Below, piece by piece: positions 17,878-27,942 of a DNA stretch of 64,000 nt. The stretch's first letter is position 1, and each line of letters begins with the position of its first letter. Position numbers and translations under genes: made by a program. A model generated the notes under the pieces. The model was not told the origin of the DNA. It saw only the letters and a list, made by a program, of their open reading frames with translations, and ran no database searches. Location of the stretch: NCBI GenBank assembly GCA_050251945.1, contig JBFWLW010000001.1:512001-576000 (forward strand), read 5' to 3'. The DNA comes from Deferribacterales bacterium (lineage in GTDB: Bacteria > Chrysiogenota > Deferribacteres > Deferribacterales > Geovibrionaceae).

Positions 17878-18593
17878 TGCGATTTATCATATTAACACTC
17901 CTCTTATCGTCTGCCACAGCCTTTGCGGCTGTTACGGGAATAGAGCCGGAAATACCTGCGAAGGTCGAGTTATCATCTATAGATCTGAATCGTATAGTTT
18001 GCCCGAACCAAACATCGGTAACAAATATTGCTGATTCGGCAGAAAAAGGTCTGCAACTCAAAGCATCCGGCGAAAACTTGTTTGTTAAGTTCCCGGTAAT
18101 TGAAACTGAAAACGGATTCAAGAAGGAACGTGTCTATTACAACGGAGTGGCTGAGATTTTCATGACATGCGGAAACTCTGTCTATTCGCTGATACTTTCC
18201 GCAAAAAAGATTCCGGGGCAAACCGTATACTTGTCTGGTACTGCTTCAGATATGAAAAAGGCAAACGAATATGTTACAGCTAAAAGCGATGACGATCTCA
18301 TGCTGGATCTCATCGACGCAATAATCAACAACAGAATACCGAAAGGATTCAGACTAAAAGAAACTGAGCTCATCGAAGAATACAAAGGCATTTCAATTTC
18401 ATCAACAAAAGAACTCGTTGGCGGCGGATACCGCGTTCGCGAACTTGTACTGAAATCTGATAAACAGGTCAGTATCACGGATCTCGAACTCATCAAGTTG
18501 AAAATACTTAAAAACGTTAAGGCGGTTGCGATAACCTCTCCGGTATTCGTAGGTGTCACAACCGGCTATGTGGTTGAAGGCGTAGTGAAATGA
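17877..18593 (+). CDS. traK: TraK
   Basis: Signal peptide, VELSSIDLNRIVC, YSLILSAKKIPGQTVYL. Confidence 0.8.
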   Translation: MRFIILTLLLSSATAFAAVTGIEPEIPAKVELSSIDLNRIVCPNQTSVTNIADSAEKGLQLKASGENLFVKFPVIETENGFKKERVYYNGVAEIFMTCGNSVYSLILSAKKIPGQTVYLSGTASDMKKANEYVTAKSDDDLMLDLIDAIINNRIPKGFRLKETELIEEYKGISISSTKELVGGGYRVRELVLKSDKQVSITDLELIKLKILKNVKAVAITSPVFVGVTTGYVVEGVVK

Positions 18594-19828
18594 AACTAAA
18601 AGAACGTTTTGATGCGCTTGATAAGAAGCATAAGAAAACTATTGTCAAAATAATCATTGGCATTGTGATTGTTATTATTCTTGCAATGATGTGGCAGGCA
18701 TCCGGTATAAAAAAAGATGCGAAGGTCATACAGGAACAGGAGACTGTAGAAAACACTGATTTCAGTGCTGACGATAAAGAAAACAGCATTCGTATCGCCA
18801 TTGATAAAAAGATCAACAAGTCTGAGAAAATGAATGAAGACCGCTGGACGGATATCGTTAAACGTGTCCAAGCCATAGAATCCAACAGTCAAAATGCGCC
18901 TCAAAGCCCTGAAACACAAAACGAAGCATTACCTAAAGGAAGTATTGAGAATGTGAATAACGGACAAGAAAGACCTCCGCTGTTCAATGACCTCAAAGAT
19001 GTACCTAAGCCTGAGACCAAACAGGCGTACCCTACATCGCCGGAACAATATCAGCAGAATAATATCGGGCAAGCTCCCAAAAAGCCCACAGAAACTATGA
19101 TATCAAAAATCGGATTTACCGAAATATCAGTTCCGGAAGAAAAGAAAACCGCCGAAACAGAGGTCAAAAAGAAAAAGAACTGGATACCGTCAAACAGTAT
19201 ATTCAAAGCGATGCTTGTAACAGGCGTGTATGCACCAACGATGGCCGCCGGGAAACAATCTCCATACCCAGTCATTTTACGTTTGACAGAGGAGTCTTTT
19301 CTGCCTTCAGGCGTGAGCAAAAATCTCAAAGGATGCTATGTAGGCGGTGAAGCATACGGAACTCTGTCAGACGAACGAGTACATATCCGTCTTCTCAACC
19401 TGTCATGCATAAGTTCAGACAACCAAAAAATAGTAGATGTCCCCATAGATGGTTATGTTCAGGGAGAGGATAACATAGTCGGTCTGGCAGGTCGTGTTGT
19501 AACTAAGCAGGGACAGGTTATGACAGCCGCTTTTGTTGCCTCATTTCTGCAAGGCATGGGACAAGCATTTTCACTCGCAAATCAGACGACAACAGTATCA
19601 GCTCTTGGCGGAACGACAACAGCAATATCAGGATCTGACATAGCCAAATATGGCGCCGGTTCCGGATTTGCCGAAAGTTTTAAAATGCTCTCTGAATACT
19701 ACATGGATCTATTAAAAGAGGCTAAGCCCGTTATCGAGGTACTGGGCGGCAGGGATGAAGTCGAAGTTGTAATAAAAAAAGGTGTTGAAATCACGACAGA
19801 GGGTTGGGAATGGGAAGATATCTATTAA
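18590..19828 (+). CDS. traB: TraB (VirB10-like)
   Basis: NLKGCYVGGEAYGTLSDERVHIRL, GLAGRVVTKQG. Confidence 0.9.
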   Translation: MKLKERFDALDKKHKKTIVKIIIGIVIVIILAMMWQASGIKKDAKVIQEQETVENTDFSADDKENSIRIAIDKKINKSEKMNEDRWTDIVKRVQAIESNSQNAPQSPETQNEALPKGSIENVNNGQERPPLFNDLKDVPKPETKQAYPTSPEQYQQNNIGQAPKKPTETMISKIGFTEISVPEEKKTAETEVKKKKNWIPSNSIFKAMLVTGVYAPTMAAGKQSPYPVILRLTEESFLPSGVSKNLKGCYVGGEAYGTLSDERVHIRLLNLSCISSDNQKIVDVPIDGYVQGEDNIVGLAGRVVTKQGQVMTAAFVASFLQGMGQAFSLANQTTTVSALGGTTTAISGSDIAKYGAGSGFAESFKMLSEYYMDLLKEAKPVIEVLGGRDEVEVVIKKGVEITTEGWEWEDIY

Positions 19829-20364
19829 TTATCATAGTATTAGTTACAGGCATATTAACATCCGGCTGTGTTTACGAATCAAACTTCAGCTGCGAAAAAT
19901 ACAGAAACGCCGGGAAAGCGTGTACTCCGGCATCAAAGAACATCGAGTACGCTATTGCCAACGACGGAAAAGAAAAAAAAGATATTGATACTGCACCAGA
20001 GAAAGTTAAGGAAATTCTCGATAAAGAGCTTTTTGTCAAATGCGAACAGGATGAGCCGTGTTCATATAAACCGGCTCCTCAGAAGTACGTTTTCGTTGAT
20101 GAAGAGGCAAAAAACTATATCGAATACAAAACCAACGAAAACAGCATTAAAGCCGATGAATTGACAAGTTACAGCATCAAGATCAATGCGGACAATACAC
20201 CAGTTACGACAAAACCGAAAACACTACGGGTTACAATCCTCCCGTACCAGGATAAAAAAGGACGTCTGAACATGATAAAGCGTGTCCACATGATCATTCA
20301 GAAGCCTGAATGGATCATTGGAGACTATCTCATAGTCGATGAAACTATAAAGCTGAAGGATTAA
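19804..20364 (+). CDS. traV: TraV lipoprotein
   Basis: LTSGC lipobox, FSC, LRVTILPYQDKKG. Confidence 0.8.
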   Translation: MGMGRYLLIIIVLVTGILTSGCVYESNFSCEKYRNAGKACTPASKNIEYAIANDGKEKKDIDTAPEKVKEILDKELFVKCEQDEPCSYKPAPQKYVFVDEEAKNYIEYKTNENSIKADELTSYSIKINADNTPVTTKPKTLRVTILPYQDKKGRLNMIKRVHMIIQKPEWIIGDYLIVDETIKLKD

Positions 20365-20366
20365 GG

Positions 20367-23147
20367 ATGTTTGGGTTAATCAATAAAGCTCTGTTCGGAG
20401 AACACGGCGGATTAAAACGATCAGACATAGACATAACACGGGACAAGTTTTCAACGTTGTTTCCTTGGGTGTCATACGATCCGGACGACAAATTCTATTT
20501 TCTTCGAGATAACTCAGTGGGTTGGATATGGGAATGCTCGCCCATGTTATTTGCTGATGACAATACGTTTAATATGATTAAAGGCATAATGAGAAATAAG
20601 TTTCCCAGCCAGTCAGTTATTCAATTCAGTCTGTACGCTGATCCATTTATTGCTCCAATTCTCGATAGGTATAAAAAGCTCAGATACGCAAATAAAAATA
20701 TTTCAGACATCCATATGGCATCCACAGACAACTATGCTAACTTTCTGGAAAAAAGCACAGAAGGCATGTGGCAACTCTCTGGAACACCCGTAAGAAATTA
20801 CCGGCTATTCTTATCAGTCAAAATACCAATCAAGGTTGATGTAACATCATCCCCTGATTCTTTTATAAAAGAGGTAAAAAGCTATACCGACATAATCTCA
20901 AATATCCAGGAGAGCCTGAAGATTTTGAGCCCGCACAACATGGCTCCCTCTGACCTTATCACTCTTATGTACAGAATCACAAATCCGGATCTTGATCCTC
21001 ATAAATATGTTGAATGGAACGAAGATAAACCAATTCATAAACAGATTATTTTTGCAGATACGGAAATCGAAAGAAGAAAGGATTCTATCAGATTCGGCAA
21101 CACATATGCGGGAGTATTGACACCTAAAAACCTTCCCCGCCAGATTGATAACTTATTTTCAAACGATATGATAGGCTTTATCAGCAAAGGTTCGACTGCC
21201 ATTGAAAACGATATAAATCAGATTCAGTGCCCGTTCATCTACACAGTCAATATAACTTATGATCACGGACTTAAAACAAAATTCAACGCAAAAGCGTTAC
21301 ATAACAGTAAATTGCAACAGGGAGCTGCAAGAGAAAACTCTATGGGCAGCATGGTGGAGACATCCAATAGACAACAGGAAAACTTTTGGGTCACACAGCA
21401 ATATGCAGATGGTAACATGTTTCTTCGAGTCATTCCTCAGCTCATTCTTTTTGAAAACTCTGAAGAAGAGCTAATGACATCTATGAACAGAGTAAAATCA
21501 GTATGGGATGTTTGCGGAGTGGACAGCCAGAGAGAACGTGATTATCTAGCTCATGTGATGTTTGTTGCCGGACTCCCGTTGGGATTATATGCATCCAACG
21601 TTCAGGAACTTGATAGAGATTTTCCTGTCGAAACAACGGGCGCTGCGCTTTTGTCACCGATTCAGGCATCGTTTGCAGGAGTAGGCGAACCGAACCTGCT
21701 TTATATAGACCGCCGCGGGCAACTTGTTTCTCTTGATATCTTCAGAACCGGCAGCAATAAGAACTTCTTTGTTACAGGCGGAACCGGAGCGGGCAAATCG
21801 TTTTTCATGAACGACTTCGTTAACAGCTACATGGGTGTCGGAGCAAAATTCAGGATAGTCACTGTTTGCGACAGCTATCGCAAATCAGCATATCTGAATG
21901 ACGGACAGTATATCGAGCACGAAGAAAAAGGGATGGTAGTTAATTTCTTCGAGGAAGCGGGAACTAAAACCGGAGTGCTGACACAGGATGTAGTTACTAA
22001 CGAAATCAGTTTGTCAGCCGGTGATGTAGTTGATATTGCCGATGAAAATGAGCAATTCTGTAAGATTATCATAGATAAAGGAGACACAGACGAAATATAT
22101 ATAATTCCGCCTCAGGAATTTACAAATATAACCTACAGCCTTGATGGCGACTCCTTGAATATGCTCACCGGAATTCTGGCATCTATGGCAACATCCAGAT
22201 CTGGGGAAAAACTGGATGAAGATGAACTCACTATACTTGAAACGGCAATCGAACACGCTTTTGCGAAAAAAAACAGAACAAGCAAAATTGATGACGTAAT
22301 TGAGTATCTTGAAAATATTGAACAGCATATCGGAGAAGATCCTCGTAGCCAATTCCACATAAACACCGCTTTTAAACTCGCCATCCGGCTCATAAAATAT
22401 TCGTCTATCGGGCAATATGGAAAATATTTCAACGGCAAAAGCACAATATCGTTTAAGTCTGATCTCGTCGTAGTAGACCTTACAAAAACACCGGAAGATC
22501 TTAGAAAAGTCTTCGTGCTGGCATTCGCAAACATCATAGAAAGAGAAATATACAAAGGGGATAGAAAGACACCCATTTTCGTTGTACTTGACGAAAGCTG
22601 GCAGACGCTTTCAGAAAACCCATATGCGCGGAAGTTTGTCGAAGGATTATACCGCAAGGCAAGGAAGTATAACGCATCTATCGGTATCGTCACTCAGTCT
22701 CTCCATGACTTGTACGAAAAAGGGAAACTTGGTCTGCTAGGCGACGTAATCAGAAGCCAAAGTGATTTCAGCTTCGCGCTGAAAGACAAAAACTTTGCCT
22801 TTGCATATGAAAACGGCATTCTTGATATCTCAGAATTTGAATATCAGATGCTCGTTGCAAAAATTCCGGCAAGATCACAGCCGAAGTATTCCGAAATATA
22901 TCTCAGAACCCCCTACGGGGATACTATAGTAAGGTTGATTGTTGATGAATATAAATACTTTGTAAACACATCTGATCCTGACGATTTCCTTTTTATCAAA
23001 AAAATATCCGAGCAGTATCAGGCTGAAGGTATGGCTAGAAAGGATGCCATGAAAAAAGCTGTAAACAGATGTGTTGAGATTGCAAAAGGAAAAGGCGGAA
23101 TAGGCGGATATCGTGAATATTTAAATACCTTGCTTAAAGCAAGTTAA
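20367..23147 (+). CDS. traC: TraC (VirB4-like ATPase)
   Basis: GGTGAGKS Walker A, VLDESW, YRKARKYNASIGIVTQS. Confidence 0.93.
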   Translation: MFGLINKALFGEHGGLKRSDIDITRDKFSTLFPWVSYDPDDKFYFLRDNSVGWIWECSPMLFADDNTFNMIKGIMRNKFPSQSVIQFSLYADPFIAPILDRYKKLRYANKNISDIHMASTDNYANFLEKSTEGMWQLSGTPVRNYRLFLSVKIPIKVDVTSSPDSFIKEVKSYTDIISNIQESLKILSPHNMAPSDLITLMYRITNPDLDPHKYVEWNEDKPIHKQIIFADTEIERRKDSIRFGNTYAGVLTPKNLPRQIDNLFSNDMIGFISKGSTAIENDINQIQCPFIYTVNITYDHGLKTKFNAKALHNSKLQQGAARENSMGSMVETSNRQQENFWVTQQYADGNMFLRVIPQLILFENSEEELMTSMNRVKSVWDVCGVDSQRERDYLAHVMFVAGLPLGLYASNVQELDRDFPVETTGAALLSPIQASFAGVGEPNLLYIDRRGQLVSLDIFRTGSNKNFFVTGGTGAGKSFFMNDFVNSYMGVGAKFRIVTVCDSYRKSAYLNDGQYIEHEEKGMVVNFFEEAGTKTGVLTQDVVTNEISLSAGDVVDIADENEQFCKIIIDKGDTDEIYIIPPQEFTNITYSLDGDSLNMLTGILASMATSRSGEKLDEDELTILETAIEHAFAKKNRTSKIDDVIEYLENIEQHIGEDPRSQFHINTAFKLAIRLIKYSSIGQYGKYFNGKSTISFKSDLVVVDLTKTPEDLRKVFVLAFANIIEREIYKGDRKTPIFVVLDESWQTLSENPYARKFVEGLYRKARKYNASIGIVTQSLHDLYEKGKLGLLGDVIRSQSDFSFALKDKNFAFAYENGILDISEFEYQMLVAKIPARSQPKYSEIYLRTPYGDTIVRLIVDEYKYFVNTSDPDDFLFIKKISEQYQAEGMARKDAMKKAVNRCVEIAKGKGGIGGYREYLNTLLKAS

Positions 23148-23157
23148 GGGAAAACAG

Positions 23158-23481
23158 ATGAGTATCAAATCAATAGTAACATTTATCGTATTCTCATTAT
23201 TGGTCTCGTTATCAACTCTTTATATTTATGACAAATACTATGTCAAAAAAAGATACATAGCATTTGCAGACATCTCAACAATACAGGCAGATATGCTGAT
23301 AGAGTCGCTTTCTAACAGCGTCTACAGAAAAGAGATAACCATTGAAGATTTTGAAAATAAAATCAGAAATATGCGCGAAAGAGTAAACCAGAAGCCAGGA
23401 ATAATCCTTGAGCAGAGAGCCGTTATAAAAGGTTTTGGGAAAGATATAACTCCTGAATTTGAGGACATAATCAGAAAATGA
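23158..23481 (+). CDS. Small TM protein in tra operon (TrbI-like position)
   Basis: N-terminal TM; between traC and traW. Confidence 0.55.
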   Translation: MSIKSIVTFIVFSLLVSLSTLYIYDKYYVKKRYIAFADISTIQADMLIESLSNSVYRKEITIEDFENKIRNMRERVNQKPGIILEQRAVIKGFGKDITPEFEDIIRK

Positions 23482-24134
23482 AAACGGTAGCAATCTGCTT
23501 TTTATTTTTAATGTTTAATGCTGCATATGCTAAAGATCTGGGCACTGTAGGCACAACATATCCCATTGCGGAAAAAGATATGATGTCAGAAATAGAGGCA
23601 AGGGCTGCCAGCGTTGACTGGAAATCAATTATTGCCAAAGAAAAAGAAAACGTAAAAAAAACAGCTGCAAAAGCAGACACAAATATTCAGGCAGCAGACA
23701 TGAACAAAACATACTATCTCGATATGACATATATGCTCGATCACGATATCTATTCATATAACACTGCCGGAGAAATTACAGGTGTTTTATATCCAAAAGG
23801 TTTCATTTATAACCCTCTCGATTACATTCAAACCAAAGAAATCTACGTTATACTCAACGGCAAACGAAAAAGTGAAGTTGAGTGGTTTAAGAAAAAATAT
23901 GCATTATCGCCACTTGTATACCCACTGATAACTGAAGGTAATGCAAGAGAGATTGCAGAGGACATAGGACGCCCAGTTTCCGTTCTCCGAGATAATATGA
24001 AAGAACTTTTTAAAATAGAAAAAACTATCAGCGTTGTTTATCCGGAAGGGAGACAGTTGAGAGTTGATGAAATTATGGTGAAAGATGAGAAAAATCCTTC
24101 TAAGTCTGCTGTTAGTAATAATCAGCACAAATAA
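23478..24134 (+). CDS. traW: TraW
   Basis: AKDLGTVGTTYPIAEKDM, YNPLDY. Confidence 0.9.
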   Translation: MKTVAICFLFLMFNAAYAKDLGTVGTTYPIAEKDMMSEIEARAASVDWKSIIAKEKENVKKTAAKADTNIQAADMNKTYYLDMTYMLDHDIYSYNTAGEITGVLYPKGFIYNPLDYIQTKEIYVILNGKRKSEVEWFKKKYALSPLVYPLITEGNAREIAEDIGRPVSVLRDNMKELFKIEKTISVVYPEGRQLRVDEIMVKDEKNPSKSAVSNNQHK

Positions 24135-25080
24135 TGCTTTGGCTGTATGCGCAGGTCCACCTCTTGACCCGATATCACGTGTCAGGTGGAACTGTGTACT
24201 TCCAATCTCAATTGCAGGGATTCCATGGGGAACATCAGGAAATCCATTAGCAGACTCTGCAGATAAAAATGCCGGCGTAGGAACGCAATTGCCTGTATGT
24301 ATTTGCAAGGATCCCCTTCCTCGTATAGGTATAACTCTCGGCTACAGAGAACCGATCCGTCTGATAGAGTCTGTAAAGGATCCGTGGTGCTTTCCCAGTC
24401 TAGGATTTGGCATGAGCCAGACCGTATGGGGTGGCGGTTCAAAAGGACCGACCTCCGGTCCAAAAGGCGACTTTACAAACACTCATATGTTTGTTTTCGT
24501 CCCATGGTCGTTTATGGAGTTATTTACCGACCTTATATGCCTGCAGGGTGATTTTAAAGGCTGGTCTCTGGCATATACATCGGAAGTTGACATAACTTCA
24601 AGATCGGACACAGCAGCTCTGCTGCTTAATCCTGAAGCCGTTTTGTTTGCAAACCCTATCGCTATTATGGCCTGTGAAATACCTGATGCTATTGCGACAG
24701 TAGCTGAATACACCATCCCGCCTCTTTACTGGTGCGCAGGGAACCATGCAATCTTCCCTTTGAGTAATAATCAGGTGAGTAAAACAAATTTTACCGAAGC
24801 GGCTGAAGTAAATGCATCTAAAACTATTTTTAAAATGCATCGGGAGTTACAGCTCTGGGGGAGTATTGGCAACCAGGGACTCTGTGGCATGTATCCTATG
24901 CCTATCTGGAACAAAATGCAGTATCGGCTTCAAACTGCCATGCCGGTTCCTGATTACTACTGCCGGCGTCTCGGACAGCCGTCTCTTATTTGGAACAGGT
25001 TTCTAAATCCACCGACTGCTCCTGGACAGGATAATATGGTATTTCTACTTTGGAGGAAAAGAGATTGCTGCGCATTTTAA
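24085..25080 (+). CDS. traU: TraU
   Basis: WNCVLPISIAG, EPIRLIESVKDPWCFPSLG, WRKRDCC. Confidence 0.92.
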   Translation: MRKILLSLLLVIISTNNALAVCAGPPLDPISRVRWNCVLPISIAGIPWGTSGNPLADSADKNAGVGTQLPVCICKDPLPRIGITLGYREPIRLIESVKDPWCFPSLGFGMSQTVWGGGSKGPTSGPKGDFTNTHMFVFVPWSFMELFTDLICLQGDFKGWSLAYTSEVDITSRSDTAALLLNPEAVLFANPIAIMACEIPDAIATVAEYTIPPLYWCAGNHAIFPLSNNQVSKTNFTEAAEVNASKTIFKMHRELQLWGSIGNQGLCGMYPMPIWNKMQYRLQTAMPVPDYYCRRLGQPSLIWNRFLNPPTAPGQDNMVFLLWRKRDCCAF

Positions 25081-25814
25081 TTTTCATAGCATTTTGCATA
25101 TCATCGTCAACTATTGCCGGAGAGCTTGCGGAGAATAAAAAAGACTTCTATTCAGATCGCGAACGCGGCTGGTATTTTTATGAAAAAGAACCTGTAAAAG
25201 ATGAGAAAAAAGAAGTTAAGAAAGATAAGTTTGAAAAGCCTGTCGTTGATTGGAAAGCTCTTGAAAACATGCACCCGAAAGAGTTTGAAAAACTCTTTTC
25301 TGATGTGAGGGCTTATGCGCTGATGTACCCGACTGTGGAAAACATGGTTGAGTACTATCGTTTCAACGATGTTTACCTGAACCGCGCCCGTAAATTTCAG
25401 GAAGTTTTCACATACGTTGCTCAAACTCATCCGGAATTGTCAAAAGAAGACCGATACCCTGTCAGCAAAATCGGTCAGGACGAACTTTTCAGGGAAAAAC
25501 GTGAACACATAGACAACGTTTTACGTGAAAATTCAGACACATATGCCCTGCTGTATTTCTATTCCCCGGAATGCGGATATTGTGTTAAACAGACACCAAT
25601 TCTGCAATATTTCATTGAAGAAACTGGTTGGACAATCAAACCCGTTGATATCACAGCAGATCAGCACGCAGCAGCACGTTTTAACATCCAAGCCACACCG
25701 TCCCTTGTTATGATAAAGAAAAACTCTAAAGACTGGATATATATAAGCTCAGGCATTATATCATTGACGGATATAAAAGAGCGTATTTACAGAACAATAA
25801 CTATTCAGAAATAA
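25050..25814 (+). CDS. traF: TraF (thioredoxin-like)
   Basis: RGWYFYE, YFYSPECGYC. Confidence 0.88.
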   Translation: MEEKRLLRILIFIAFCISSSTIAGELAENKKDFYSDRERGWYFYEKEPVKDEKKEVKKDKFEKPVVDWKALENMHPKEFEKLFSDVRAYALMYPTVENMVEYYRFNDVYLNRARKFQEVFTYVAQTHPELSKEDRYPVSKIGQDELFREKREHIDNVLRENSDTYALLYFYSPECGYCVKQTPILQYFIEETGWTIKPVDITADQHAAARFNIQATPSLVMIKKNSKDWIYISSGIISLTDIKERIYRTITIQK

Positions 25815-25830
25815 GCAATCATAGTCACTT

Positions 25831-25850
25831 TTACCCTCGCTGACATTTAT
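25831..25850 (+). promoter_or_regulatory. Conserved operon-head motif before traH
   Basis: TTACCCTCGCTGACATTTAT. Confidence 0.75.
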
Positions 25851-25883
25851 ACCTCAAAGACTACAGTCTCGCGAGGTAAAGGC

Positions 25884-27236
25884 ATGTCCAGATTTCTGAT
25901 CGTTTCAATGATTGTTATTTCCGCCTTTTTTAAGGCAAGCGCGGCAAACTGGGTTGATGACTGGTTTGATACCGCAGTCGTAACAAAACCAGGAGTATTT
26001 GAATCCCAGCAAAGATCCTACGCAACGTTTGGCTCATTCAACGGACGTATAAAAACGTCCACTGATAACCTGATGACAATCTCGTCTCCGCGAATATCTG
26101 CCGGATGTGGCGGCATTGACATTTTTATGGGGGGTTTCTCGTTTCTTAATCCTGATTATATGGTTGAGAAAGCTGAAAAAATGATCCGAGTGGCACCGTA
26201 TGTCGCCTTTGATATGGCACTGCAAGAATTATCTTCAACAGTCGCAACCGTAAAAGACAGGGCAGAAAACATCATAAATGCGCTCAATGGACTTCAGATG
26301 GATGAATGCCAGTCTGCAAAAGCTGTTGTAATGGCTGGTCGGCAACTTTTCAATGGTCAGGAAGATCAGGCAATGGAAACAATCAAAAGTGGTCTGGTGC
26401 AGGGAGCAGATTCGCTTTTTACAGAAGCCAAAAAAGCATTTAACGATTCCCCCGGTACTTCATTCCAAAAGGCAGTGGACAAAAGTGATAACACATCCGA
26501 TGTTAAAGCCGACCTTAAAAAAAGCGGTTATCTGCTCGATGCCATAGGTCAGAAGATGAATGTCTCCAGTGCCAGACTCCGGCAGTTCCGCGCACTCATC
26601 GGCGACGTGTACATTTCAACAGAAGGCACTGAAATGACATTTAAGGAGATACCAGGCTGTAAGGATGCTACATATGAAAACCTTGTTAATGACAAGCCAT
26701 GGGTGAAAACGGCTTCAACAGCGGCATGTAGTCAGGAATCCGGTAAAACGATTTATGAGTACGTCGGCAACAATCTTAACTCAATATCGGGAAAGCTGAT
26801 ATCATCCCGCTCATCGTCAATGAGTGCAACAGAAAAAGAGTTTGTCTCCAGAACACCTATTCCAGTGGTTTATATCCTCAACAATGCCAGCAAATACGGC
26901 GAAGCACAGCTTAGCGTGGTTAAAGATGCTCTGGTCGAACCAGCCGCATATGGCTATGCATATGCGATGTTCGTATCAATGGTAAAAAACACGGAAGATA
27001 TCCTGAACGATTATCAGCTCTATCTCAACTCCAGAGACTCATCAGTTACTAAAGTACATACAGAAGCTATTGAGAAGCTGATAGAAAATGCAGAACAGAT
27101 AAGGCAGAAAGCATACGAGGCATACAACACCAAGATTGGCGACAGTGGAGCAATTTACAAACTACTAGACAACTTCAATCAGGATAAAATGCGTATAGAC
27201 AAGGTTCTTGCCGATGCAAAAATCGGGCGGTGGTAG
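25884..27236 (+). CDS. traH: TraH
   Basis: PRISAGCGGIDIFMGGFSFLN. Confidence 0.92.
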   Translation: MSRFLIVSMIVISAFFKASAANWVDDWFDTAVVTKPGVFESQQRSYATFGSFNGRIKTSTDNLMTISSPRISAGCGGIDIFMGGFSFLNPDYMVEKAEKMIRVAPYVAFDMALQELSSTVATVKDRAENIINALNGLQMDECQSAKAVVMAGRQLFNGQEDQAMETIKSGLVQGADSLFTEAKKAFNDSPGTSFQKAVDKSDNTSDVKADLKKSGYLLDAIGQKMNVSSARLRQFRALIGDVYISTEGTEMTFKEIPGCKDATYENLVNDKPWVKTASTAACSQESGKTIYEYVGNNLNSISGKLISSRSSSMSATEKEFVSRTPIPVVYILNNASKYGEAQLSVVKDALVEPAAYGYAYAMFVSMVKNTEDILNDYQLYLNSRDSSVTKVHTEAIEKLIENAEQIRQKAYEAYNTKIGDSGAIYKLLDNFNQDKMRIDKVLADAKIGRW

Positions 27237-27938
27237 ATGAAAAACTACATAGATAACATCAAATCAGATACTCCCTCCCATATGAAAATGACCATAGAGG
27301 ATGCCTCCAACCTTGAGCAGCACGCAGAACTCTTCGCGCTGGAAAAGCGATGGGCGGACAACAGTTCCGTCAATGTTTTCGATGTAACGGGGTCTTGCCA
27401 CCCTGATTATATAGGGTTGTCGTGGCTGGAAATGCTTGATAAGGGCAAACGTATGCCTCTCAACATAAAACTTCTGATGGAAAATCCCGGATACTACTTT
27501 CAGGATACCCAGAAAAGCCCGACCATGTACTATGCAAAAATCGGTAAGGATCTGTTCGTAACGAGCGACGGTAACCACCGCACATGTCTTGCAAAGGTGC
27601 TTTTCTATTACGAGCAGCGAACGGATATTCAAGGTGTCGTCATGGAAGAAATAATCAAAGATTACGAACTTGAACGCGCTTTCAAACTGCTTTCAGAAAC
27701 TCCTGAGATGCAAAGAGCCGGAGTGCGGATTGAAGTTCAGTCTAAGCATATCAGCAGAACGGACGCTTCAGGGTGGAAATCGGACAGGTACGTTCCTGTT
27801 ATATCAGCACGAAACAAAAACTTTCATAAAATTGAACTCAATGCTCATGAATCTCTGGATTTTCTCGCAGAGCTTAAATCAGGGCATTTCACACGGCTTT
27901 TTCGTCACAACAGATACGCGAAATTCATAAAAGGGTAA
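27237..27938 (+). CDS. Hypothetical protein with ParB/Srx-like motif
   Basis: FVTSDGNHRTCLAK. Confidence 0.6.
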   Translation: MKNYIDNIKSDTPSHMKMTIEDASNLEQHAELFALEKRWADNSSVNVFDVTGSCHPDYIGLSWLEMLDKGKRMPLNIKLLMENPGYYFQDTQKSPTMYYAKIGKDLFVTSDGNHRTCLAKVLFYYEQRTDIQGVVMEEIIKDYELERAFKLLSETPEMQRAGVRIEVQSKHISRTDASGWKSDRYVPVISARNKNFHKIELNAHESLDFLAELKSGHFTRLFRHNRYAKFIKG

Positions 27939-27942
27939 TATC

